Positions 1 to 10,759 of a stretch of DNA of 32,383 nucleotides are shown here, one piece after another (position 1 is the first letter of the stretch; each line of letters starts with the position of its first letter). This DNA comes from Jimgerdemannia flammicorona (taxonomy: Eukaryota). Where the stretch lies: positions 1 through 32,383 of the forward strand of contig RBNJ01000351.1 in assembly GCA_003990765.1 (NCBI GenBank). Direction: 5' to 3'. The notes below the pieces were generated by a model, which saw only the letters and a list, made by a program, of their open reading frames with translations, did no database searches and was not told the DNA's origin. Position numbers and translations under genes: made by a program.

Positions 1-287
1 CTATTATATAAGTGTGTGGTATGATTAGTATATTCTTTTTGAACCTTTCTATTTCTCTTTCTCCTTTTTGAACTATTGTTTATTCTCATTTTCTCTGTTT
101 CCAACAGTTCTCAGACTTCTATTCTAATTATCCTTATTATACTCTTCTTAAATATACTTATAATGAGGTTTGTCATCTTGCACTCTATTGTTCTCATCAT
201 TCTGACTAAGTATCTATTATTTGGATTCTCAGTAACTTCTTAGTTATCCTATTTCTATTGTTTGTAATCTACTTACTTCTGTTGAAT

Positions 288-865
288 TGTAAGAGGGTTG
301 CTTTTTAGAGTAACTATTACATAGTTCTGGAAGGGTTTTCTGGAAGTTCTGGATATTCTGGAAGACCATTTTCTTAAGGTCAAGATCAATTTCATATAGA
401 GTATGTCCTCTATGCTTATTGATTTCAAGATTGGGTTGACATCTCAACCAAAGTCCTTTTTCAGACCAGTTCAGGAAGTTTAGGAAACTAAGACCAGCTT
501 AGTTGAATTGGCATATTGCTGCAGACAATACCCAATTAGGAAATTTTATAATAGGGTTAGGAGTGGGACCTAATGGGGAGCAGATTTACTTAAGAGTAGT
601 TTGTGGATTATTATATAGGTTTATTCACTATTTATGATATTGCTATACTAGGAGTAGTTGTATGAAGGGATATTGTGGAGAAGTGCTCAGGGGTTGTGTT
701 CAGATTGTTCAAGTGTTCAAGTCTTGTGTTCTGTGACTTTATATTGACTCAGCTTTGTATACTGTGACTTCAGTTTGACTTAGCTTTGTAATCTTACATG
801 TGATTTCAGTGGCTTGTTTAGAGGGTGATGTGTGATTTCAGTGGCTTGGAGGTTGTGTGCTTACA
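288..865 (-). repeat. 3' LTR of element A (578 bp, short-U3 variant of the E2 LTR)
   Basis: Termini are tgtaag (288) and cttaca (865). Positions 288-~700 match 24141-~24540 and the last ~45 bp match 25576-25620. A polypurine tract (aagaagaggagag on minus) lies at 867-879. Confidence 0.9.
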
Positions 866-1304
866 ACTCTCCTCTTCTTAGCTCTCAACATCCTTGTCAG
901 GGCCTTCTAATTTATTCTAGTATTGTTATACCATTTGGAAGGTCAAAAGTTCAGTAAAGTCTATTTTTTTTAGAAAGTAGCATGCTCATAGTACAGTTGC
1001 CTAATACATTGGATTCATACATTAAAGGGTTATGTATTCAATACCATGTGCCGGAAGTGATTCTGATATCATTCACTGCTGGAGAATTTCCTCTAAGGAA
1101 TTTTCTTAAATGTCTATACCTCATTTCCCACCAATGGTATGAAGAGAATAGGCTTGCTTTCAGTTTTGTTATTTTTCTAGAGGGTCAGTATTCTTTTTGT
1201 CTTGACTTTGCTGAGTTCTTGATTTTTGTTCATGGTAATTATAATGTTCGGGAGGATAATGTATAGTATATACTAATAGGTACTAGGTAGTCAGTTTCAG
1301 TTGT

Positions 1305-1470
1305 TCAAGAAATCATATTTCTGAACTAAGTTAATGACATTCTGGAGATTAGTCTTGGGTTCCCATATTATATTATAGATCAGGTAATCTTTCCATTTGA
1401 TAAGGTACTCAGGGTAGTTCTTGTGGCCATATTTATTGAGGATTTGTTCAACTTCATATTCTTCTTAATC
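1305..1470 (-). pseudogene. Chromodomain at the integrase C-terminus of element A
   Basis: EEYEVEQILNKYGHKNYPEYLIKWKDYLIYNIIWEPKTNLQN fits the chromodomain pattern EYEVE.IL...YL.KWKGY...TWEP..NL. Confidence 0.9.
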
Positions 1471-2186
1471 ATTAATAATGATAGGTGCAGGTGGTTTAGT
1501 GGTTCAGTTCAAGAATAGCTCATTATTATTTTCATTATATCACTTGAGACATTGGACATTGAAGACTGGGTGGACCTTAATGATATCTGATAGCACCAAT
1601 TTGTAGGAGGTTGAAGAGACTTGTGTAATAACTTCAAATGATCTAATAAACTTGCTATTCAGCTTTATAGATAGTCTATGCTTAAGGTTGTCAACTTGGT
1701 ATCCTCAGATATCTAGTAGAACTTTTTCTCCAATATCAAAGGTTTCTTCTTGGCAGTGTTGGTTAACATACTGTAACTATTGTTCTTGAGCTTATGATAA
1801 GTTCTCAATTGTGATCTGGCTTAGATTGTATATTTGGAGTAGGAATTCTTCAATAGCTTCGACTGTAGAGGGTTCATCAGTAGTTCAGATAAGTGTCAGA
1901 GGAGTGTTTGGGTTTTGTCCTATGTTGGTAAAGAATGGGGTCATTCTCAGAGAGGCTTGCTTGCTATTGTTATAGGCAAACTTGACTGTAGTGAGGTATT
2001 CATGCCAATCATCTTATCTGTAGGAAATATAGTTTCTTAGTATTTGTTCCAGAGTTCAGTTCATTCTTTCAGTTTGGTCATCAGTTTTAGAGTGAAAGGC
2101 TGTGGATAGTACAAGTTTCATTCCAAGGTATGCATGGAGGGCTTTCCAAAAATGGCTGGTAAATTTCAGATCTCAGTTACTAATAA

Positions 2187-3030
2187 TGGGGACTACAGAT
2201 GTGGAGATGAGACAGGCTACTGCTGGGCAGTGCTTTGGTGGAGAACTTCTAGAATAGAGTATATATAGGGTATAGGGGGAGACATATGGCTGAAAACTTG
2301 GTAGAGGGTGGGGATTAGCAAGGAGTGGGACTGGAATGGTCTTTGGCCTTAGAGCAAGCAGGTGATATAGTGGCTTCCCCTCAAGTTCTGGATAGTATGG
2401 TAGTGGTTTCTAAGGCAGAATATGATATTGAACTTTCGGTCAGGGTACTTGGTGGTGGATGGCACATTTGAGTATGAGAAATATTTGGATGTTAGACAAG
2501 AAGAGAGAGTGGTACAAATGTCTAAACATTGGCTTAGAGAGTGTGATGTCTTAAGGAAGTTTTGGTACCACATTGCAAACTAGTTAGATCTGCAAGCCCT
2601 GGTGGGAGGAGAAGGGGGGAGATAGAGAGAGCTCTGCTAAAGGCTAGTGGGAGGGGTTGGAGATGAATGGCTGACCCTGAGTTGGGCTCTGGCAATTTGG
2701 GTTAGGCTAACCAGGTATTGGCTATATGTATTTAAGGAGGGCTGGCAAGTTGGGGTTGGAACTAGGGTAGCATATTGAGAATGGCTATTACTGGACATTT
2801 TGAATGGCTGATGGAGAGGGTGGGGACCAGGTGAGAGAAGCTACTAGAGTTTGGTAAATTGTATTTATCAGAAAAGTAGAGAGAGGATTCAGATAGTGGG
2901 TGACTGGGTTATCCTCTGACAGAGAGAGATAGAGGGTGGCAAGAGAGATCCAAGGGATATCAGTTGAGGAGATACAGGTGATATTATATTATTATTATAG
3001 ATTGAGATAATAAAGGAAAGTCCAAGTAAC

Positions 3031-3104
<74 letters not shown>
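2187..3104 (+). mobile_element. 5'-truncated L1-type LINE (3' ~0.85 kb plus poly(A) 3034-3104)
   Basis: gatgtggagatgagacaggctactgctgggcagt matches ~30507 onward in the full LINE. It ends in agtccaagtaactat(A)71, like the other two copies. Confidence 0.85.
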
Positions 3105-3110
<6 letters not shown>

Positions 3111-5070
3111 TAGTAGACTAGATAGAAGGTTGATCTTTCTAGACCAGGAGAAGGTCTATGATCAGGTGAGACAAGTCTGACTAGAGAAGATACTGAATAG
3201 ATTAAGTCTTCTTTAGTATTTCTAAGTTTTGATAATTAGTCTATTAGAGAGTAGCAAGATAGTATTTATATATAATAGATACTATGGTTTGGCTTTTCCT
3301 TTGGAGAAAAGGGTGTCTCAGAGAGATCTGTTATCTCTGATTCTATATGCTCTATTGTTGGAGCCATTGATAGACCAAATTCAGCATATAGTGGCTGAGC
3401 TCTCAATCTATAGAATAGTTTAAAAGATTAGAGCATTTGCTGATAATATAATAGTTGGCCTTGGCTCTGTCTCAGATATTAGAGTATTATAAGAAACTAT
3501 AGAATAGTATAAAAGACACTCTGGAGTAAAGCTCAACTAGTATAAGTGTGAGACAATAGTATTAGAAAATAGTTTAGTAAGAGGGGATATTATTGAAACA
3601 ATTATTCCTATAGGAGAGACTGTGCAATATTTGAGTATTTTCCTTTCAGTATATAGATCTGTTTTACTGAAAATCTAAAGGAAGAAAAAGGTGATCACTA
3701 CTGCTACAAAAGGTTTGAGAGATGAGATTTTCTTCCAAAGGCTCTTCAGAGGATCTGATGTCATTAATAAGACTAGATAATAGCTGGTACTTATGGTTTT
3801 AGGACTTCTGATAGGAGATAGTGAAAGGTACTCATCATATTGGGCTATATTAGTATAGTAGTGAGGAGAAAATCAATTGGAGTTCTAGAATATAGCAATG
3901 AGATCAACTTCTGTTGAGTGGTTTACTGCTGGTAGACTTTAATCTCAGTGCTAGAGTAGAGTGCCAGCAAGAGATAGGCCAGAACTAGAGATTCCAGATA
4001 GCTGGCCATATGGCTAATAGCTGGTCAGAGTGGCTTGGTCTTAAATTTACAGTCAACTGGCCAAGTATCTTAGTCTTATATTTAGTCTAACTAGCTAGCC
4101 AATCTATAAATTTAAGGCTAAGCTATTCTGTCTTAGTCTTAAATTTACAGCCAACTGGTCAAGTGGCATTTACAGATCTTATATTTAATTTGGAAAATTT
4201 GGAAATCAAAATAACAAATAAGACCTAGCCACTTGACTAACTAGCCAATCTATAAATTTAAGACTGAGCCACCCTGGTCAGCCATTGGCTATATAGCCAG
4301 CCATCTGGGATCTCTAGCCAGGACCTATGGTCAGTGAGATAGCAGATGGCTGGAATTAATAAAGTGTAGGACTGAGTGAGTTTCTGGACCTGGAGTATAG
4401 AGGTAAGAGATAGCTTCCTCCAAAGTTCTGAATAGTGTAATGGTATTTATTATAGAGGAATATCATGCTGAACTTTAGATCAAGATACTTAGTAGTGGAT
4501 GGTATCTTTGATTATGAAGAGTACTTGAATATAGAGTAAGAGGGGGGGTTTGTATAGATATCTGAATATTAGCTGAGTGAGTGTGAGATTTTTAGAAACT
4601 TCTGGATTGTAATCAGAAATTACCTAGAGGTAGTGAGAGGAGCAGTTGGTGTGCAGGATCAGTAGGAGGATTTGCAGGTATATCTGATAAGTTGTATTGA
4701 AGATAAGTGTCTTACTGTTAGGTGGGTCTTAGCAGTATAGATAAGGCTAGCAAGATATTGATTATATATATTTGAGGAGAGTATGAAGTTGAGCTTGAAG
4801 AAGTATCTATTGCAATAGAAAGGATTGATGGGAGATGTTTTGTCTAGCTGATAGGCAGATTGGAATCCTTAGAGGGATCATTACTATCAACTAATAGAGG
4901 AGATTTATAAGAAGAGTAGAGAGAGGGTTATAGTAGTTAATAGTATAATAGCCTTTAATTGTGAAGAGATAGGAGGAGGTCCCCCTAAGGATATTGGGTA
5001 GGGTTGGGGCTTTTTGTATTATATATAGATTAGATTGGCTTAGTAATATATATATAGGAGTCTAAGTAAC

Positions 5071-5134
<64 letters not shown>
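3105..5134 (+). mobile_element. 5'-truncated, internally deleted L1-type LINE (RT relic, 3' end, poly(A) 5074-5134)
   Basis: FLDQEKVYD, RVSQRDLLSLILYALLLEPL, AFAD, SGVKLN*YKCE and QYLSI parallel 29430-29950. It ends in agtctaagtaactat(A)61 and is interrupted by a MITE. Confidence 0.9.
3986..4316. mobile_element. hAT-type MITE, family 1 (331 bp, long inverted repeats)
   Basis: Termini tagagattccagatagctgg / ccagccatctgggatctcta are inverted. The 8-bp TSD is gccagaac (3978-3985) / gccaggac (4317-4324). The matching empty site gccaggat is present in the LINE near 30595. Confidence 0.88.
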
Positions 5135-5136
<2 letters not shown>

Positions 5137-6149
5137 CTCTAGTACTAATTTGAGTCCCATAGATAACCTGGCTCTATACTATAGCACTATAACAACAGTA
5201 CCACAAAGCAGAACTAAGGAGTCAGTAGAGTTTAGTAAAAAGCTAAAAACTGAAAACTAATACTATAAATAAAAAGAGATATCTAGCTACCTAATCCTTA
5301 CAAAAGACTGTCTAACTTATACAAAAGGCCACCTATTTACAAAACTGCTCCACCTGCTGATCTCAGGCCTTGATGAGCCTATTATCTATTATAAGTATAA
5401 TAACTATAATATCTGAGCTCTTCTTGAAAGCAATAGTACCAAAGAGGTCATATAGTTGGAATAGGACAATTATATTGATTGCAAATAAGACTCCAAAACT
5501 ATAGATGAGGTTATACTAAATATTGCTACTATTTTTTCAAGTTGGGTCCTTCCTTTCTAAAATGTAAAATATTATTAGAGTGATATTGTTGTCTATATAT
5601 ATGAGTAGAGAAATATTATACCCAATATATCCTAATATAATATAAGTATATAGTTAGGTGAACTCTTGGCCCAGAACCTCATATTGTCAGACAGTACTAA
5701 AGAATACCTGCTCTTCATCCAGCCCTGAGAGCTCTAGCTTAAAAATCTACTAAAATAGATAGTATCTAATTAAATCTTTCTTTTTTATATACAGAGACAG
5801 AAATCCTCAGACTATACCAAAAAAAAAAAAGTCAAGCTCCTCACCTCATACAGTATGCTAAATTATATTAAGAATATATATATAGTAACACTGAGAGTAC
5901 TACTAAGCTGGTCTGCTATTTAGTCTAGCAATCTTCTCAAAGAACCCTAGATCATGACTGCCATTACTATATAGGCTATATCATACTCACATACAGTTTG
6001 TTCTTTGACAGTACTTTTAAAGTTCCAATAAGAGTACAGAATTCTATATATCTCTGAAAATTTAATAAGAATAGATTAGTAAAGAAAATCTTGAAAAAAG
6101 AAGACAAATGTGAAAAAAAAACTCTAGAGAACTCACCTTTGCTAATATT

Positions 6150-6540
6150 ATAATATATCCAATTTCTGTTCAAACTCTCCCTCTCTGTTTTTATATTCTC
6201 TCTTTTCTGCTATTCAGTATTTGATACAATCCTTGCAAATCTCATTAATATAGTAATAAAGTTCATTATCATAGAGATTTTTTATCACTATTATAACAAT
6301 CTCTCTATGTTTATTAATAATGATATAGTTCTCTTTATTGTTGAATACTCCAGCAGGCCAATGGGCTTCTTGATTGAGAATAATTAGCTCTGATTTAAAT
6401 ATAAACCTCCAAGTCTTAATAGTAATATTAGTATTGCTTATACTGAATAACTTGCTCTTGAACTTCTCTATTTAATCAGATACTAGATACATATAGTCAA
6501 ACTTAGATAACTTTGAATTCTTCTCTATAGTAGAACTGAG
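6150..6540 (-). pseudogene. Degenerate coding relic of unknown identity
   Basis: One frame reads ~130 codons with only 2-3 stops in very AT-rich DNA (...KTWRFIFKSELIILNQEAHWPAGVFNNKENY...YYINEICKDCIKY*). I recognise no family. Confidence 0.35.
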
Positions 6541-7336
6541 TCTTGATCTGAGTAGTGAGCTAAGTTAAGTATGTGGACAGATTACATATAAGTATCATAT
6601 GAGAGTTTTTAGGAGAGAGTATATAAAAATAAAGTTAAATAAAATATAAAGTAAGTATTTAGAAAAAGAAATATAAGAATAAGTTGTTTACAGATGAGTT
6701 ATATACAGATGAGTTATATAAGATTACTTATAAAAGCTTGCTTCTGATCTATTTGAGATTTTTACCATATAATATATTAACTCAATAGCTCAACCACTAA
6801 AGGTATATCACTTTGCAACATTCTCCAGTCTTTCTTTATCTTGATCAGATATTGTGAATAAAGTTAGCAGATCTTGCTGTAGAGCTATAGACTCTGAGAA
6901 AAAGAGAAATAGTATGAAATAAACTTGGTCATATTGTGGAAATTTAAATATAGTAGTGAAAAGGTAACCTACATCTACTATTGGCTGCTCTAAAAAGGCT
7001 GCTATATATATAACTATGAGGTTTATTAATTCCAAGGTCTAAAGAGTCACTATGAGTTATTGCTAGAATTCTCTCTCATCTTCATCACTATCACTATCAC
7101 TATTACTACTTTAACTCTCAATGAGTAGCTTATATATTGCTCATATGAGAAAGAATTTAATGTTGTCAGCAGAGAGTGTATTCTCACCTTGAATATTCTC
7201 TCTTTTGATGATCATTAGGTAAGACTAATATAAATTAAGGATTACTATTTATTTATTCATAATATAATAAGAGAAACAAAAAGAAGTATCAGAGTATTAG
7301 AGATAATAAAGAAAGAGACAATAAAGAGAGGATGAT

Positions 7337-8550
7337 GAGCCTTTCTTCACTACCTTACTGGTCACAAGGTTTGGTAGGCAACCTTCTGAGTTCCCTTTCC
7401 CCTATTATTATCCCCTCTACCTTAGGTTGGTTTGCTGTGCCTGCATAGGTATAGTGGGAGGAGGGCAATAGTGATGAGTTGCCCTTTTATCGATATCAGA
7501 TCAGTGTCTTCTCTACTTTTTCATGGTTTCTGGTGTCTTCAGCTGCATCTGGAGTGCATCTGTTTTGGTGTGGTACCTTCTTCCTTTTGCCATTGCCAAT
7601 AAGGTGCTGTCTTGGTATGTCTCAGACTATGTAGAGAGTCAGCTGACCTTAGGCATTAAGTGCTCAGTATAAGTTACCTGCAGGTCCTTGGTACCTGTGG
7701 TGGGGCCCTCTGGCTTTGGCAAGCTTCCCAGCAAGTGTGGTTCTGGTATAGGTAACTGTTTTTCAGGTGATATTGGGATGGGAAGGGAGATGGCTGTCAC
7801 AGATAGGAGGAAGGATGATTACAGTAAACCAGTAGGGTGCCAGACTAGGGGCAGTTATTGGGGCTGGGGCAGACAATATTTTGGTGGGGCCTTTTGATTG
7901 GCTGGTGGGGGGTGGGGTAGTGTAGGGGCCGGTGTCCTGACTGTACCCGACTAGAACCAGGAGCTGATGTGGCAATGTGATCAAGGCCCACAGGCTTGGG
8001 GAGTGGGGCCTTCCTCATTTGGCAGTACCCGACTGGAATCAGGAGCTGACGCAGCAATGTGATTGAGACCTGTAGGCTCAGGGAGTGGGAGTGGGGTCTC
8101 TTCAGGCCCTAGCCCATGTATAAGTTCTTTGAGGAAGGTGCTACATGTAAGTCCTTTACTCACCCACTTTGAATCTACTTTGCTCTCTGTTGGTTAGTTG
8201 GGGGGTTTTTTCTTTGCCTTGGGCTTTCTTTTGGGGTTCAGGGGGCTATTCTTTATTCAGTCCTAGTGCTGCTAGATCTAATACATAGGTGTGCTCTTAT
8301 GTGTAAACAATGATCCAGCCCTGGTGAGCAGACAAGTCTAGTCTATGTTGTGGAAGTCGACATAGCCAGTATTTGACAGGTATAGCTGGAGCAGTAGGAC
8401 TGCTGGACAATTTAGTAGCCTAGGTTAATGAGGGGATATTGTTCGGTGGATGGTGGGGGAGGGTTTTGGTCTATATAGTCTAGGTTCCCTTCCAATAAAA
8501 ATCCATGTGACTATGAGTCTGTTAAAAAAAATAAAATAAAATAAAATAAA
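7337..8550 (+). mobile_element. ~1.2-kb non-autonomous SINE-like retroposon, copy 1
   Basis: It is flanked by the direct repeat ataaagagaggatgat (7321-7336 and 8551-8566) and ends in an A8/(taaaa)n tail. It is homologous to 17555-18904 and 32148-32383, and has no RT motifs. Confidence 0.85.
7943..8089 (+). repeat. 82-bp-period tandem duplication inside the SINE-like element
   Basis: gtacccgactagaaccaggagctgatgtggcaatgtgatc (7943) recurs as gtacccgactggaatcaggagctgacgcagcaatgtgatt (8025). Confidence 0.85.
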
Positions 8551-8629
8551 ATAAAGAGAGGATGATATCACTAAAGATAAAGAAAGGGTAATGTCACTAA
8601 AGATAAAGAAAGGGTAATATTATCAAAGA

Positions 8630-8760
8630 TTTTGAGTAATCTGGATTAATCCAGATCAATCCAGATCAGATTATAAGACCAATCTGAGTTGTTCAAATCT
8701 ATTATATGATGAATCTGAATCAAATCTCATTTAGATAAATTGCATCCATTTGGAGTACTA
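8630..8760. mobile_element. Orphan hAT-like terminus related to MITE family 2
   Basis: It ends in tttggagtacta (compare tttggagcacta at 18216) and is preceded by atccagat/atctgg subterminal motifs. I found no partner end. Confidence 0.55.
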
Positions 8761-9237
8761 AAAATGAGATCTTTATCTGAAAGAATTATATCTTTTCTTA
8801 TCTTTTCCTATCATAATCTCTTTATGTCTAAGATAACAGATCACATCCTAAGATAAATAAAATATATTCTTAGTATAAACAATAAGTACCAAGCTATATA
8901 ATGTATACTAAGCTGTAAACAAATTGCATTAGTTATAGTAGACCATAGATAGATTATAGACTATAAAGGTATACAAAACCAAAGAGCAGACTATAGATAG
9001 GCTGTACTAGACCATAAAGATATATAAAACCAAGCAGACTATATTACACTCAAATAAGATCAATACTAGTAAGTTTGTAGCTTCCAACTTTAATGAGTGA
9101 GTAGCCAAATAGTAAAAGACTATACAAGATCAAGATGAAGGCAGAGTTGGTGAATAAGATAAGAGTGGTAAATAAAGCAGAGATGATGAACAACTTAAGC
9201 TTATAATTCAGAACAACAAGGTATTTCTATATAGTGA

Positions 9238-9318
9238 GGTACTTTTAGATAATAAGATACTTCTAGATAATAAGATACTTTTAGATAATAAGATGTTTCT
9301 GGATAATAAGGTACTTTA
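9238..9318 (+). repeat. 18-bp minisatellite (~4.5 units)
   Basis: The unit tactt(t/c)tagataataaga is repeated. Confidence 0.8.
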
Positions 9319-10187
9319 TAACAATGATGTAGAGACTTGTTTGATCAGATATGCAAGATAGATAGTTAAGTAAGACAGAAAAAGAAATAAGTAAGTTGTT
9401 TTTAAAAATGAGTTTATAAATTATAGTTTGTATATTATAGCTTGTTTATAAATATAAATTGAATTTTCTTATCATAATTTAGCAAATCCATAAGTATCAG
9501 TGATCTCTACTAAAAATATAAGATTAATAAAGTAATCTAAAAGCTTACAGTAAATATACTTCTTCATCATCTTTTTCTTGAAGATCTTTTCCCAAAGTAC
9601 AATAGTGATCTGAAAATGGATATTATTGTTAAAATTTTAAAGGATATAGGTTTAAAGGCCAAAGATAGTAATGAGTCAATTTATACTATAGTGAGTATTT
9701 CATTCATATTCTATTCATATATTTATTTAATAGTTCATAAACTCAACTATTTTTATTTTTATTAAAAAAATAGCTATACCATCAGATTATAGTTTATTAT
9801 TTCCATATTTGTAAAGTCTTTGACAAAAAGTTCAATCAAATCTTCTCTAATATAGACCAGCTAAGATCTATAGCTCTAAAAGATATTACTTATACTTGCC
9901 AACAAGTGGTACAATATTTGAAAGTCTGGAATAATTTTATTTATCTAAAGAATGATAAGGGTGAGTTCAACAAGCTATTCTATTGCAACTATATAAAGCA
10001 ACTACTCTATTTTATATTTTTTAAATAGAAACCTCAATTTGTGAATATATTTCAAAAAGATAAATATATATATTAACTATTATATAGTTATTATTATTTG
10101 TATATTTGTGAGTATATTTTCAAGTTTGTAGATTATATATACTTATTCAATATATATATACTTATCTCTTTATATAATTATAGCTAG

Positions 10188-10645
10188 TGTGATAGTACAG
10201 CTAAATATGGAAGAAGGAAATAGGGAATAGACACTTGATCACACCCAGTCCCAAAGTAGTATAGCCATATAGTTAGCAGTCGCCAATTCCGACATTGTCT
10301 AAATTTCTAGACATTATTCAAATCGAACACCCTGATTTAGTATAGTATTTAGACATTGTCCAAATATTTTGACAAAGTCCAAATGACTCATTTATTACTT
10401 AGCCACCCTCTCATAGCTAGCAAACTTGTATAAATAACCCAGTATCTTTGAGTGAATAAACCTCAGATCGAAATAGTTCAAAGCAAAGAGATAGCAAAGG
10501 AACTAGTAAGCCTATGGGCAGATACACTTCGAACTCACCCACCCTTCCCTACAACTTCAAGAGACTCTGCGAGAGTCAGAACAGTCAAGTTTTCAAGATA
10601 CAGAAATCTGATGTACTTTCAAGAGTAAGCGTCTGCTACATTACA
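10188..10645 (+). repeat. E1 5' LTR
   Basis: Termini are tgtga...ttaca. It is colinear with 16427-16884, with tataaata at 10429 and aataaa at 10455. Confidence 0.97.
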
Positions 10646-10648
10646 ACT

Positions 10649-10665
10649 TGGTGCCCATTGACTGG
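10649..10665 (+). promoter_or_regulatory. E1 primer-binding site (non-Met tRNA ending ...GGGCACCA)
   Basis: tggtgcccattgactgg starts after a 3-nt act spacer following the LTR end. Confidence 0.8.
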
Positions 10666-10759
10666 TGATTTAAGATGAATCCCTCACTTTCAAGCTGAAT
10701 AACAAACAACTGCCACTACCTGAACAACCATACAAATCGAGCTCCAATACCCAGACAAG

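Larger units (their letters stand above)
288..2187 (-). mobile_element. 3' fragment of a chromoviral Ty3/Gypsy LTR retrotransposon (element A): integrase core, GPF motif, chromodomain, PPT and 3' LTR
   Basis: The minus strand translates to SN*DLKFTSHFWKAL...STAFHSKTDDQTERMN*TLEQILRNY...DW..YL...FAYNN...MTPF (integrase core), then KLNSKFIRSF...YKL...VHPVFNV, then a chromodomain. It ends in a tgtaag...cttaca LTR. The element is cut off at ~2187 by LINE sequence. Confidence 0.92.

Noticed and set aside
244..447. ORF in the LTR U5 that is in frame with E2 ORF0 and might supply its start
   Set aside because: The ATG reads ACA in the E2 5' LTR, so both probably derive from ACG by CpG decay. That LTR also has a 22-bp frameshifting deletion here.
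907..1233. Possible extra ORF after the chromodomain of element A (MNKNQELSKV...)
   Set aside because: It has about 8-9 stops in ~105 codons, no better than random AT-rich DNA, and no motif.
7943..8089. Hammerhead ribozyme in the 82-bp repeat (ctgatg)
   Set aside because: The CUGANGA and GAAA cores are not present.
9238..9318. CRISPR-like array
   Set aside because: The 18-bp units are contiguous with no spacers or cas genes, in a eukaryotic context.
9400..10187. Possible decayed gene or transposase flanking E1 (continuing 16885-17250)
   Set aside because: There are some stop-poor stretches but no recognisable motif; it is too decayed to call.
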